DNA of 64,000 bases from Eledone cirrhosa (GCA_964016885.1 OZ024740.1:258354001-258418000), one strand, 5' to 3'. Numbered from the stretch's first letter, positions 12,327-30,955 are shown. The notes: generated by a model not told the origin, from the sequence alone. A program made the numbers and translations.

Positions 12327-14800
12327 AATAAATAAATAATTAAATAAACGTATATAAATAAATAAATAGGTATAAAACAAGCGCACACACACATACCAAC
12401 ATGTAAATACACAAATGTTCGGAGACATACGTCAACCAAAACATGAAGTACATACGCCCAACATACGTACGAACCCGCATACTCACACAGACGCAAAACT
12501 CCCGTATACACATAACCAAAAGCATATGTACCAGAATATATAAAAATATACGCCATAACATATACAATCAAATATACGTACGAGAAAGTATACGTACTTT
12601 CACAAAACATACAGGTAATATATACTCACCTATGCAAATAGTAATGGTATAAACATAACACATACTTAGCTGCCACATCAAGACGTAAAATATCCACGTA
12701 TAGATCGTTCTATCCGTTAGGGTATAATGTGGGGCTGTAATACAGGAAAGTTTGTGTGCAATTTATGTTTACAAGCCGAAATTGCCTCAACTATTTTGTT
12801 TAAGATGTGGTCTGTGGCGTAGAGTATTTCCAGGGCCTCAGCGGCGCAGAGGTCACATGGTCTTTTATTTCCGTTATACGATCTAGCCCTAGCTAGGACC
12901 TCCCAGTGTAAATTATATTGAGTATAGTTGTCTTTTAGACTCCTGATATAAGCTGAAAGTGACGTCATATTCCTTCTTAGAGGGTACCGAAAGAATGGGT
13001 ATGCATGTAAAGACGCTGCTTGAATCTATTGGCGGTTAACCCTATGTATGCCCTACGGGACGTGGGTGTTTCAACCTTACATTTGTAGACAATGTTACTA
13101 GAGAGGGATTTCCCGGATAGGGGGCAATCAACCCGATTCCTACAATTAGAGTTAGTACTAACTACAGGGTTGCACGTATTCCTACGGCTAGGTAGTTTAC
13201 CTAAATTTGAAGCTGTGATGTTATGTACAAGGTTAGGAGTCGTAGAGTAAGAAATTTTAATAGAATTTCTATTAAAAATGTTACTATATTTATGTGTAGG
13301 GGGAAAATGCTTCGTAATACGGGAGAGAAAGATCTTAGCTAATGGTGTGGCCACCTCCATATTATATGGTGGGTTATACCATAGAATGCGACGGGATCTA
13401 TTTCTTCTAGGTCTATTCTCGTACTCTGTATATGCTACCTTATCGACAAATCCACTCCGAGCAAGAGCTTCATTGTAATAAGTGGAATGGTCGTTGAAAA
13501 TATGCTCGTTAGTAGATAGACGGGAAAGCCTCAACAAAACGTTTCTTACCAGGTTCTTGGTTATGCTGGCAGGATGGTTGGAATGCTTACTTATGTAATT
13601 AAGCGTATCATTCGGCTTTCTATACGGGTAATACAATCCATTCGATAAATTTAGGGTAACGTCGAGGTAATTAACGACCGAGAGGTTGGCCTCAACCTGT
13701 ATAGAGAGGGTGAAGCCTTTAAAGAAGGCTGTGATTTATTTTCTGAACCTGTCGCAAGCACGAGGTCCGCACTTAGTCATGGTCAAAAGACCATCGTCAC
13801 GGTACAAATCACCGCCCGCGTTGGGGAATTCGTCCTTGATAGAGACATAAGGAAAAGGCCGATAAGATCAGTAACCTCCGCAGAATCGCTGGCACCCATA
13901 CTCACGTCGAATGGGGTACTATTGGAATGTTTAATCCAAATAGAGTCGTCAAATTTAATCACCGACTTACGGGCATTGAGGATGACATCAACTTCGAAAT
14001 CCTTAACCACTGTGAGTGTTTTAGCGAAATTGATAGCTCTAAAGAGAAGTGGTAAAGTGATGGAGGAGTAGAAATTATTGATGTCGAATTGGATAAAACA
14101 GCAATGTTCCTTGCTGCATATGCCGTTGAACCAATCAATCACTGCGAAGGAATTGTTCCACAGTGCAAGAGGGGCCAAACTTCTAATTTCAGGTATAATT
14201 CTATCACGAATCGTTTTACTAAGTCTACCTAAATCGGACTTCGTAGGGTTAATAAGCCGAACTGAGGGGTTGTTTTGAAAATTGGATTTGTGATCCTTCA
14301 GGGTAAAGTGGGGAGAAATAGGATCCAGGGTTTCAGTCCGGTCCAGGATGTTGAGATCAGAGGTGATTTTAAACCACAGCATCGTTGATTTCATTGATGA
14401 CGCACCGATTAGTTTTACGGTAATCCTTAGTTACAGCATTATGTAGTAGTTGATGGTAAGTACTGCGCTCCACTTGATATAGGTTGCCAGTTTTGTCGGA
14501 ATGGACGCGTACGGCATTAGAATCCTTAATAGAACGATTTCTATTCTTCAGGTCCTGCTGGAAGGAATTGCTCCGATTCCGAAATTTGATACTCCGTATG
14601 AGTTCCAAGACATCATTTTCGAAGGGTAGCAATGCTGGGTTACACGGAGGATTATTATAGGTTTTAAACCCAAATTTACCCTGTTTGTTGTCTGCTTTTC
14701 GAGGATTATCGAAATAAAAGGCACGCCAAGGCAACCTTTTAATGAACGCGTCTGTTTTCTGTATAAGATCGTCTTCCTGTCTACCTCCGGTTGCAACTTT
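12310..14800 (-). mobile_element. Penelope-like retroelement (Nematis-like), RT plus C-terminal GIY-YIG, frameshifted
   Basis: ORFs 14369-14734, 13783-14394 (TLKDHK, VRLINPTKSDLG, FIQFDINNFY, MGASDSAEVTDLIG), YRDDGL at ~13785-13805, 12977-13636 (WYNPPY, NCRNRVDCPL, IVYKC..YIGLT..FKQR) and 12717-12968 (CDLC..E). Clade assignment inferred from motifs. Confidence 0.92.
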
Positions 14801-14804
14801 TTTT

Positions 14805-14910
14805 AAACATCCACTTCTGCGTTTACAGATTGACTTTGTTAGTTTAAGAAGATCCCGTTAAGGGTGAAAACAGCGATTCTTTGCTTAAACTTTAATCTGT
14901 TATTTTAATA
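14805..14910 (+). repeat. Inverted pseudo-LTR-like segment (family C) at the 5' end of the PLE, with a degenerate HHR-like motif at 14840-14892
   Basis: Reverse complement of ~7345-7430. It abuts the 5'-truncated ORF and is followed by (TA)n. Confidence 0.7.
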
Positions 14911-15179
14911 AATATATATATATATGTGTGTGTGTGTGAGAGAGAGAGAGTGTGCGTGTGTGTGAGTGAGATTTTAACTCTACTTTGATTAATTTTATAT
15001 ATATGTATATACAATATATATATATATATACATATATATATGCATACATACACACACACGCGCATACACACACACACTCACACACATATATATATGTATA
15101 TATATATATTTATGTATATATATATATATGCATATATATATATGCATATATATATATATATATATACATATATATAAAT

Positions 15180-15212
<33 letters not shown>

Positions 15213-15275
15213 CACACAAAGATACATATATATATATGCGTATATATATATATATATTCATATATTTACATATAT

Positions 15276-15339
<64 letters not shown>

Positions 15340-15583
15340 ATATGTATCTTATGGTAGCTAAGATGCGTCCATAGGCGGTATGCCGGTTGACCATTCTATG
15401 CTACTACGGAGCAGAGCATGATAAGAGGATCTGCTCCGAAATCAATATACGTGTCTAAGGAACCTACGAATCCAGAGTCAGGTCGATCCATACACATATG
15501 GTTCCTCGAGCTGTTTGCCGGGGAAACAATTGCAATACGCAATAAATTGAGTTCCGATGCATTTCTGATTTTTCGTTTCCCAT

Positions 15584-15615
<32 letters not shown>

Positions 15616-15780
15616 CATACATACATACATACTATGCATATATATATTTGCATATATATATATAAAATTATAAATCTGAAAAAATAATTGACAAAAATAT
15701 ACCTTTTTTTCTTCAATACATATGTGTGTATATATATCCGTATATAATATATATATATATATATATACATATATATATAC

Positions 15781-15887
<107 letters not shown>

Positions 15888-16246
15888 TATATATATATAT
15901 ATAATTTTCGGTTTTGCGTCTATTATTTATGGTTTATCTCTTCCCGTCTCGGTCTATAATCTACAAAGATAAACTATCTTATCGGTAACAGATTTTCTAA
16001 GATAAGCCGACAAAGCTAGCTTGAAAGTGTGATGCTTTAAGTCAGCGGGTGACAAAGAATCTCGTTTATTTTCTTCACACCGCTTCTAAAATTCTCAAGT
16101 AATTTAATATAGCGCATATTCGTTATTTTGTGGTTACGGTTTATTTCAGGTTTTATCCTTGGTAGAACAAATGGTCCACTTTCGGTGTGTAGGTCATGTC
16201 TTTCGGAATAGTAATTCACACATACACATGTGCGCGTGCGCTCGTG

Positions 16247-16291
<45 letters not shown>

Positions 16292-16452
16292 GTATGTATG
16301 TATGAGAAGAATCTTCCACTATTAATGCTGACACAGCTAGGGTCAACACTAAGAGAGAGAAAAAGACAACTACATAGATAAATGTGAACTTTTCTCTATA
16401 TATATGTATGTAAAAATATTTTTTTTGCCCATATAGTTATTGTTCTTATTAA

Positions 16453-16839
16453 TAATTGTTTCTACTTTTGGCACAAGGCTAGCAATTACCAATGCATTAC
16501 TGGTACTTTATTTTATCGACCCCGTAAGGATGAAAGGCAAAGTTAACCTCGGCGGGATTTGAACTCAGAATGGCAAGAGCCCTAACTATGCTAGAAAGCA
16601 TGGCGTCCGACCCTCTACCGATACTGCCAATCCACTGCCGATTGTTCTTATTAATAATTGTTTCTACTTTAGGCCCAAGGCCAGCAATTACCAATGCATT
16701 ACTGGTACTTTATTTTATCGACCCCGTAAGGATGAAAGGCAAAGTTAACCTCGGCGGGATTTGAACTCAGAATGGCAAGAGCCCTAACTATGCTGGAAAG
16801 CATGGCGTCCGACCCTCTACCGATACTGCCAATCCACCG
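16453..16839 (-). mobile_element. Head-to-tail dimer of the tRNA-derived SINE
   Basis: Two near-identical units with a ~201-bp period (16453-16637 and 16654-16839). Confidence 0.9.
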
Positions 16840-17042
16840 AATGGAATTTAATTTGCATTATACACTTCCGTCGTGTGAAAAAGCCTACACGCTGAATCTA
16901 GTATAAACAATACCGAAATTCCTATTTTGTAAATACATGTTTTGATGTTATTCTGAGAGAAAATCCCTTTAGTATTTTCTAGTGATTTTATTATTGTTTT
17001 ACTATTTTTTATATATATATAACTCGTGTGTCACTACTCTAG

Positions 17043-17116
<74 letters not shown>

Positions 17117-17132
17117 TCTCTCTCTCTTTATA

Positions 17133-17190
<58 letters not shown>

Positions 17191-17489
17191 TACATAAACA
17201 GGTACTCAAGTATATAACAAAGCAAATGACACAGTAGATTGAAGAAATATATTAGATATATTTCACGCTAGAAGCAGCACGAAAGTGATATTAACGTTTC
17301 AGACACTAGTCCTTCGACAAAAGACAGTTAGAAATAAACGATAAATTAGAAACATAGAGCATGACGAGTAAGAAACAAGGTAAAGTATGAGAAAAAAAGA
17401 CAAATAAAAAAATACACGTGCTTATTCAGTCAGGCATTATATATATATATTTATGTATTTATTTATTTATTTATATATATATATGTATA

Positions 17490-17524
<35 letters not shown>

Positions 17525-17545
17525 ATGTATGTATATATATATATA

Positions 17546-19420
17546 TAAAGGCAGATAAAGGCAGTGCAGTAGTCCTTATGGAGACAGATTATTACACAAC
17601 TCTAGTACTCTCAACTCTAGAAAACCAAACATATGAAAAGGCCCAACACTACACACTACAGAAAATAATGGAAACCTAAAATCCCTAACAACCCTTTACA
17701 AAGAAGGCCTTACAGACAAGGTATACAACTACATCACCAATTTCAAAAGCAGAACCAGCCTCTTCTACGGTTTCCCCAAGACACACAAAAGCGAAGTAAT
17801 AGGCAGGGCCTGCAAGCAAGCCACAGACGTTTACATCCATATAGCCCCTCCTGATGACCTTCAATTAAGACCCATAATAGCAGGCACCACATGTGAAACC
17901 CATCGCCTAAGCAACTTCCTAGATATTCTGCTTAAACCTTTCCTTAAACATATAACAAGCTTCATAAGGGACGACCTTGACATGCTCAACCACTTCCCAA
18001 CAACACTCATTAACGAACATACCCTAATATTAACCTTTGTTGTCATCAATTTATATTCCAATATCCCACACAACCTAGGGATAGAGGCAATACAATTCTG
18101 GATGGAAAATTTCCCTACTGAACTTCCACAGTGCATCCCTAAAGAATTTGTGTTGGAGGGACTCAAATTCATCTTGGAAAACAATTTCTTCGAATTCAAT
18201 GCCAAATACTACAGACAGAAATCTGGGACTGCCATGGGCACGAAAGTGGCCCCCTCATACGCCAACCTTTTCATGGGATATTTGGAAACCATTCTCTACC
18301 GCAAAGTTCGAGACAAATACGGCAACCACTTCTACCAACACATAGAAAAGAACTGGAAGAGGTATCTGGACGACTGCTTCATCCTCTGGCATGAAAGTAT
18401 AGATAGACTGTTTGAGTTCAAAGCCCTGTTGAATGAGCTCAACACTAACTTACAATTCACAATGGATTACAGCCATGAACAACTCCCTTTCCTCGATATC
18501 CTCATCAAGAAAACAAGCAACAAAATAGAAACAGACATATACTACAAACCCACAGACTCCAAACAATACCTTCCATTCAACTCGTGCCACTCTAGACACA
18601 CCAAAATGGCAATTCCTTATAACCTAGCCAGAAGGATCTGCACAATAGCTTCAGATAAATACACATGCTATACACGACTAGAAGAATTAAAAAACACACT
18701 TATCAGCAGAAACTACCCACCATCCCTAATCAACAATGGATTCCAACGTGCCCTAAAACTAGACATCCAGGAACTCAGACACCCCAAACCCAGGAGTGAA
18801 ACGCAACAAAAAACTCTACCATACATCTCCACACACAACCCCCTCAACAATGAGGCATTCGATACCATCCTCCAGAACATTCCTTTACTAAAAAGATACC
18901 CAAGAATGAACAATATCCTCCAAACACACAACATCATAAAGAGCAAAAGACAACCCAAATCCATAAAAAACATCCTCACACAAGCCAAAATCCAACAAAC
19001 CCTCACAATGAACCCTACAGTAACAAAATGCGGAAGGCCCAACTGTGGCATATGCATTAATATAATAGCAGGTTCAACATTCCATTTTAAACAAGGACAA
19101 CGTTTCACAGTTAAACACAACTTTACATGTGCATCTGAAAACCTTATCTATGTTTTGACTTGCTCAGGTTGTCTAGAGCACTATATAGGACAGACAAAAA
19201 ACAGCCTCCGTTAACGTATGACCACCCATAAATGACAAATTAAAATACACGAATACAGAAAGATTGCATTTAGTGAACCTATCGCCAATTGTGCTCTCAA
19301 CCAACTTCCAAACTTTAAAATTTTCCCCATTTACAAATTCATAGACAACGCTATTTTCATCCAACGCACCAATAAGGAAACATTTCATTAATAAATTTAA
19401 ACCAGTACTCAACGCCCTGA
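17546..19420 (+). mobile_element. Penelope-like retroelement (Neptune-like), 5'-truncated, RT plus GIY-YIG
   Basis: KADKGSAVV, FYGFPKTHK and LRPIIAG upstream. ORF 17982-19214 has LYSNIPH, GTAMGTKVAPSYANLFMG, WKRYLDDCF, PFLDI, YYKPTD, KCGRPNCGIC and NLIYVLTCSGC..YIGQT. Starts in (TA)n. AT-rich 3' region continues to ~20090. Confidence 0.93.
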
Positions 19421-20089
19421 AATTCGGACCTTCCTAAAACTGCAACAAACCATCAAACATTTACAAGTGTTACCTCCCTCACACCCTACCTAATCCTTTT
19501 TCTTAAATAAATTAAATATCACCTAGCAAGAATTGCTTCCCCCTGCATATTAACTCTCTAAAAAGGGAAATCATATCAAACCACAGTCCACCATTTGCCT
19601 CCTTCACGGAATCATGGTTCAACTAAACACTCTTGCGATATTAACACATTGCGATATTAACACATCAATGACTGTGCTTGTAAATAACATTAACTTTTCT
19701 TCCACATTGACTTTTTACGTTCCACATTATGCACGTTTTTTTTTCCTTTTCCTTTTTTCTTTTCACTTCTTAAACCTTGTTTGTATATAACATTATTATT
19801 TCTGCACCTTCTGTTTAACATGTGCGACACCGCACTAATACATTTCACTCTCATTTGATAATGCATATAAATGCAGAAACCGGTAATAGACAATAATTAA
19901 ATATATAAATTGATAAATAAATGCCATTGTTAAATAATAAATAAATCAACTAATACCTTAACACTTCACACAAAGTAAAGCATTTCGTTTTAATCATTTT
20001 CTAACCCAGAAAAAAGAGAGAGAGAGAGAGACAAAAAAAAGAAAAAAAAAATGTTTCTTCCTCATAATCGTCTCTTTCTCCCTGTTTCA

Positions 20090-20132
<43 letters not shown>

Positions 20133-20143
20133 GAAAGTATAGA

Positions 20144-24551
<4,408 letters not shown>

Positions 24552-24681
24552 CGTTTCATTTTTTCCGTTTATCGTTTTCGGTGCACCCGGCCGATTAACC
24601 CACTCGATATGCAAATTGGGCTACTCAGCCGTTAATATGCATAAGGTAAGTATATAGTTCAACAATCTGGCAGGAAGGTAT

Positions 24682-24724
24682 ACGTTGCTGACGATAGCTA
24701 ACAAGCTTGAAACTAGTACAGCGT
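24682..24724 (+). ncRNA. Minimal type I hammerhead ribozyme (family A), unit 1
   Basis: ACGTTG-CTGACGA-TAGCTAACAAGCTT-GAAA-CTAG-TA-CAGCGT. Predicted cleavage after 24718. Confidence 0.9.
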
Positions 24725-25103
24725 TCCTTTGTCAGTGTTGAACAAACGAGCAACGGTGGTTGCTAGACACTACAGCTTAATACGGGATGTTTGTTTACAA
24801 ACACACCGAGCATTATAATAAATGTTCGGTGAATCGATACGTGCATATATATATGTGTGCATGTATGTGTATATATATATACATACTACTGTACGTCGGT
24901 ATACATATATGTATGTACGTGTACATACTTATATTTAAGTAACAGCCGTACTAAGAGTGGGAAATGAAATATCGTTTCATTTTTTCCGTTTATCGTTTTC
25001 GGTGCACTCGGCCGATTAACCTACTCGATATGCAAATTCGGCTACTCAGCCGTTAATATGCATAACGTAAGTATATACGTTCAACAATCTGGCAGGAAGG
25101 TAT

Positions 25104-25146
25104 ACGTTGCTGACGATAGCTAACAAGCTTGAAACTAGTACAGCGT
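25104..25146 (+). ncRNA. Minimal type I hammerhead ribozyme (family A), unit 2
   Basis: Identical motif. Predicted cleavage after 25140. Confidence 0.9.
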
Positions 25147-25523
25147 TCCTTTGTCAGTGTTGAACAAACGAGCAACGGTGGTTGCTAGACACTACGGCTT
25201 AATACGGGATGTTTGTTTACAAACACACCGAGCATAATAATAAATGTTCGGTGAATCGATACGTGCATATATATATGTGTGCATGTATGTGTATATATAT
25301 ACATACTACTGTACGTCGGTATACATATATGTATGTACGTGTACATACTTATATTTAAGTAACAGCCGTACTAAGAGTGGGAAATGAAATATCGTTTCAT
25401 TTTTTCCGTTTATCGTTTTCGGTGCACTCGGCCGATTAACCTACTCGATATGCAAATTCGGCTACTCAGCCGTTAATATGCATAACGTAAGTATATACGT
25501 TCAACAATCTGGCAGGAAGGTAT

Positions 25524-25566
25524 ACGTTGCTGACGATAGCTAACAAGCTTGAAACTAGAACAGCGT
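25524..25566 (+). ncRNA. Hammerhead ribozyme (family A), unit 3, probably inactive
   Basis: GAAACTAGAA instead of GAAACTAGTA: the conserved U16.1 is changed to A at 25559. Confidence 0.8.
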
Positions 25567-25943
25567 TCCTTTGTCAGTGTTGAACAAACGAGCAACGGTG
25601 GTTGCTAGACACTACGGCTTAATACGGGATGTTTGTTTACAAACACACCGAGCATTATAATAAATGTTCGGTGAATCGATACGTGCATATATATATGTGT
25701 GCATGTATGTATATATATATACATACTACTGTACGTCGGTATACATATATGTATGTACGTGTACATACATATATTTAAGTAACAGCCGTACTAAGAGTGG
25801 GAAATGAAATATCGTTTCATTTTTTCCGTTTATCGTTTTCGGTGCACTCGGCCGATTAACCTACTCGATATGCAAATTGGGCTACTCAGCCATTAATATG
25901 CATAAGGTAAGTATATACGTTCAACAATCTGGCAGGAAGGTAT

Positions 25944-25986
25944 ACGTTGCTGACGATAGCTAACAAGCTTGAAACTAGTACAGCGT
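25944..25986 (+). ncRNA. Minimal type I hammerhead ribozyme (family A), unit 4
   Basis: Identical to unit 1. Predicted cleavage after 25980. Confidence 0.9.
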
Positions 25987-26269
25987 TCCTTTGTCAGTGT
26001 TGAACAAACGAGCAACGGTGGTTGCTAGACACTACGGCTTAATACGGGATGTTTGTTTACAAACACACCGAGCATTATAATAAATGTTCGGTGAATCGAT
26101 ACGTGCATATATATATGTGTGCATGTATGTATATATATATACATACTACTGTACGTCGGTATACATATATGTATGTACGTGTACATACTTATATTTAAGT
26201 AACAGCCGTACTAAGAGTGGGAAATGAAATATCGTTTCATTTTTTCCGTTTATATATATATATATATAT

Positions 26270-26442
26270 AACGAAGGAAACCAGGTAGACCATAACGCAC
26301 CAAAGTACTCAATACATAGGGTAGTAGAGTGGGTAATAGGAACAAGTAATACCCCGACGGCTGAGCTCAATCCGTTTCGACGGCTAAGTCCAGAATTAGC
26401 CGTCGAAAGGGCTTGAGCTCAGCCGTCGGGGTATTACTTGTT

Positions 26443-26447
<5 letters not shown>
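26270..26447. repeat. Short element with a fold-back palindrome (26336-26447)
   Basis: ATAGGAACAAGTAATACCCCGACGGCTGAGCTCAA...TTGAGCTCAGCCGTCGGGGTATTACTTGTTCCTAT. Second copy at 52420-52623. Confidence 0.88.
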
Positions 26448-26521
<74 letters not shown>

Positions 26522-26526
<5 letters not shown>

Positions 26527-27249
26527 TAAACGGAATAGAAAATGCTGACAAATTGTTCACAGTTGAAAAATGGTTTAATTAGGAATAAAAGAGTATTAGT
26601 GATTGTATGGGTTAGTATTCAGTTGTGGTTTTAAGTTTTTAAGTTTTTACCGGTTGCGCATTTCTAAATGCTTTTCAAAAATAATTTTGAGATAGAGTGT
26701 CCGTGCTGTTTGCTCTTATCTGATTAGTTTTGGGAATTCTACCTGTTTTTATGTTAAAAAAGTGGCTCCAGCGTTATTTTTGTGTTGCAAAAATGCTTGT
26801 GGTCAAAACAATGTTGATTGGTCGGTAGAGGTCATGTGAATCTACAAATTTAAAGATAATGCCACCCACACCCAGCGCATCAGCAAGGAATCTTACTTCA
26901 TTAACAAATACGGACCCCGTCTAAACACTTCTCCCTAAGACGAACCCACAACATACACACGTCAACATACATACCTACATCAGCACACATCTCTACCCAC
27001 ATATAAACACAATGACACACGTAAACACACATGCTGTATGGTGCAATACAAAAAAATATATGTGCATATATATGTATGTATATATGTATATATATATATG
27101 TAGTGAATATATGTATGTGTATATATATATAGTGAATATCATTTCACACCTTTTATTGTTAAGATTTTTGATGTTCTATTAAGAGAACCGATTTTACTGA
27201 AAAAATCGAATAATGTACACCATTTTACCAGGGGGAAAAAAATACTGGT

Positions 27250-27280
<31 letters not shown>

Positions 27281-27446
27281 TATTTACACAAACACATACA
27301 CACGCGTACATCAACATACAAAGAGACTTATACACACACACACACACTTCTCCGTATAAGACAAAAGCTGAAAAATATCTTTTGACATGCTAAAATACCC
27401 CCCATTGCTTTCAGACACATTCTTACTGACCATCGAATTACTCTGC

Positions 27447-27493
<47 letters not shown>

Positions 27494-27564
27494 ATCTTAA
27501 TAGCCATTTGACACACATCGCTGCTGGCCATTGTCGCAGCATCGAACACCTTACTACTACTACT

Positions 27565-27615
<51 letters not shown>

Positions 27616-28147
27616 TACACACACACACACACACATATTTGTTGTGAAAGAGTCATTTCTCAATCTTGGCGCAAAACCAATTTTTTATCCACATGACCTC
27701 TACCGACCAATCAAAATTGTTTTGACCAAGAATTTTTGCTGGAGCCACTTGTTTAACATAAAAACAGTCTTGGCGCAAAATCAACTTTTTACATTCACAT
27801 GGCCTCTACCGACCAATCAAAATTGTTTTGACCACAAGCATTTTTGCAACACAAAAATAACGGTGGAGCCACTTTTTTAACATAAAAACAGGTAGAATTC
27901 CCAAAACTAATCAGATAAGAGCAAACAGCACGGACACTCTATCTCAAAATTATTTTTGAAAAGCATTTAGAAATGCGCAACCGGTAAAAACTTAAAAACT
28001 TAAAACCACAACTGAATACTAACCCATACAATCACTAATACTCTTTTATTCCTAATTAAACCATTTTTCAACTGTGAACAATTTGTCAGCATTTTCTATT
28101 CCGTTTACCAATATATAATAACTTGTGTGTTACACCTCTATTCTTTT
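26522..28147. repeat. Long inverted repeat pair (26522-26841 and ~27793-28113) around a microsatellite-rich spacer
   Basis: ATTGGTAAACGGAATAGAAAATGCTGAC... is the reverse complement of ...GTCAGCATTTTCTATTCCGTTTACCAAT. Third copy at 31159-31605. Confidence 0.9.
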
Positions 28148-28926
28148 AACTATATATAAATATATATACTTTTTTCATATGTAACCCATTTGCAACTCCG
28201 CAGCGCCCTTATTATCATATTTACACATATTTTTTCCTCTGCTGCTACACCGTCTTTTTCGTTCTATGTATCTTTACCCTTTCTAGCAGTCTCTCTCTCT
28301 GTTAGCCTCTTCCTCGCCCTTCACTCACTCATTCTCTGTCACTACCTCTCCTCCTCCTCTTTCTTCCCGTTTGACCTGTGAGTAATTCTTTTCTCTCACA
28401 TTCTCGGCCAAGCTGGTCGGAATTTTTTCTCTCTCGTCTACGATTTCACAGTACTTATGTTTACCGAATTCGCAGACCAGACCCCTTCTTCCTCCCGTTA
28501 GACCTGTGCGAAATTCCTTCCTTGCTCACATTTCAACCAGGTTTGATGGTCTTTATTCTCTCGTTCACGATTTCACCGAACTTAAATTCATAGAAATCTG
28601 GGCCTTGTCTCCTTCTTCCTCACTTTCTGTTGCTTCACCATTTTGTTTGTTTACCCTCGCGTCCCCTTTATTTACGTGTCCCAACGACTTTTTTTAGCCG
28701 TTGCTCGCACCAACCGGAGGTATATGGTCTTTAAAGCGATGAAATGCCTATGATAGTTGGAAGATAACTGATGAAGGACAAACTTTTTTCATATGTACCC
28801 CCCACCTAAGTAATGTCAGGGTCTCCTTAAATAGTTTATTGATAGCATTGTTGTAATTGTTCTAATTGAATGCCATAATTACTCCATATTTTCTTTTCTT
28901 TTCTTGCCTGTGTATTTTCTTCATTC

Positions 28927-29045
28927 TCGCATGCTCCGAAGATCTGACTGGTTATAATTCTGTATTGGCGATCGAGTGACGCAAAATTAGGCGGATAGCG
29001 ATCTCTAGACATACCAGTTCAGTGAAACAAATGTAAGCTATGTGA
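28927..29045 (+). ncRNA. Hammerhead-like ribozyme with CCGAAGA core and ~80-nt stem II (family F)
   Basis: TCGCATGCT-CCGAAGA-T-CTGACTGGT...ACCAGTTCAG-T-GAAA-CAAATG-TA-AGCTATGTGA. Nine-pair stem I with one bulge, ~50 nt upstream of (TA)n. Confidence 0.65.
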
Positions 29046-29090
29046 TTAAAAACTTTTTTGTATAGCAAACCATGTAAACCTTCTTTCCTG

Positions 29091-29247
<157 letters not shown>

Positions 29248-29274
29248 TGTGCATGTGTGTGTGTGTATATAAAC

Positions 29275-29682
29275 GCAATCTGTGTTTTTCGAATATTAGT
29301 AAAAATATTCGATTCGTTTGCAATTATGCAAACAGACCCATCAGTGGATTCGCTAATATGCAGATCCGGCTGATCAGGCAGTCTGTTAATATGCAAATCA
29401 GGCCGATCAATCTCTGTATATTTTAGAAAATATGATATATTTTCACTAGCTCTGACAGTTGGCAAGTAAGCAGTATACTGTACTGATGATGAGTAATCAC
29501 CCAGAAACATTAGTCTTTGTAATTCTGCTTAGATGCCAACACAAGAGCAAGAATGATGTGGTCATTCTACTGACATGGTTGTTTGCATAATTGCAAAGGA
29601 ATTGAATATTATTATTAATATTCGAAAAACTCAGATTACATTATTTTATTCAGCCATGTGGAACGATAAACTATTTGTTTGT

Positions 29683-29690
<8 letters not shown>
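29275..29690 (+). mobile_element. Family E repeat with an inverted 5' segment and a degenerate HHR at 29477-29521
   Basis: ACTGTA-CTGATGA-TGAGTAATCACCCA-GAAA-CATTAG-TC. 29285-29333 is the reverse complement of ~29580-29630. Confidence 0.75.
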
Positions 29691-29770
<80 letters not shown>

Positions 29771-30029
29771 CAGAAAATATGGTTCTTATACGTGGTTGTA
29801 ACGTAGTAACTTTGTGAGGATAAGTCGGTTCAAGCGACCCAAACGCACTTCAGGTCAGTGGCTTATCCCAGCTAAAATTTGGTGATCAAGAGTGATGGAG
29901 TAATCATTTATCAAATTAAAATTAGTTAAAACGGGGTTACTTCACCATAATTGCTTTCTTGCATGATATATGTTTCTGTTACATGGTAAATGCTCAAACA
30001 AACATAGGTGTAGATAAACAACCATGGGG

Positions 30030-30375
30030 ATATGTCGCCGGTCATGTATTACCATCCAGTTGTGATGATGAGTTTCCGGTCCCGGTCTGGAGAAAAAAAT
30101 AGCTCCCTGCTAATTTATCAGGAGTGTGCCAGGGCATCAAGAGCTCAAAATAAGGCCGCAGATGTTGAGGTTGCAGGAGGAATGCTTGGTAGAGCGGAAG
30201 TGTCGGGCGAGCAGTGGACTGCTCCCGAGCTGGATGTCGCAGAGGTGCTCGGTGAACCGGTCCACCAGTCGACGCCCAGTTAGTTCGATGTAGACAGCTC
30301 CAGATTGCATGCAAGGAGCCTGTAGACAAGGTAGGAAGGGGTGAAGCGGAAGATGACACCGACCGGATAGATTTG
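30030..30375 (-). mobile_element. PLE GIY-YIG endonuclease fragment
   Basis: ORF 30137-30436: AVYIELTGRRLVDRFTEHLCDI...LARHFRSTKHS, matching the YIG-T-R-L--RF-EH motif. Confidence 0.75.
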
Positions 30376-30489
30376 CCGTTTGTTCCTCCGAAGATATTTG
30401 CGATATTATTATACCGTAATACTTTCGACATTTCAACCTACAACATGCATAAGCGTGTGTGTCTATCTATCTATTTATCTATATATCTA

Positions 30490-30955
30490 GAGGTTGTATG
30501 GTGGACGCGTCTGAAAGGACTGAGGTCAGACACCTTTCTCTCTGGCCAACAACTGGTCCGTTTCTTCCGATATCATTTCGGAAGAAGGATCAGGATGGAG
30601 AGAGAGGTGCTGCACCCCAGCCGTTTCTATGAAAGATGGGTGAAAGTGGCGAGAATGGCCCGTGTGAATGGGCCTTCACTCTACATCAGACTATAGGTGA
30701 GGAAGATGAAAGACCAAGGGAGCACCCCTTCTCTGTGCTCCTGAGGAGAAGGGTTGCACACTTTTTTCGGGTGTGTGTGCGACCCCCCAAGGCGCCTCCT
30801 CTCTATTGAGGACTTTGTTATAAATTTTATTTTTTGTTATATTTTATTTTTATATATTGTTATTGCCTCCTCCTTATTGAGGACGCCTTGTTTTGTAAAC
30901 TCCCCCCATTGTACTTGTCCCACTTTTGATGCCCTGGTGGCAAATAAAAGAAACA
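30490..30955 (+). mobile_element. 3' end of a LINE (probably L1/Tx1-like)
   Basis: Translation EVVWWTRLKG...FFRYHFGRRIRMERE..FYERW, then a 3' UTR ending AATAAAAGAAA and a (TATC)n tail. Confidence 0.6.

Noticed and set aside
15361-15458. Possible hammerhead (AGATGCGT/ACGTGTCT stem, GGAGCAGA/TCTGCTCC then GAAA)
   Set aside because: There is no CUGANGA-like core between the stems.
17288-17325. Minus-strand HHR remnant upstream of the Neptune-like element
   Set aside because: The core reads TTGTCGA and stem I does not pair. Too decayed to call.
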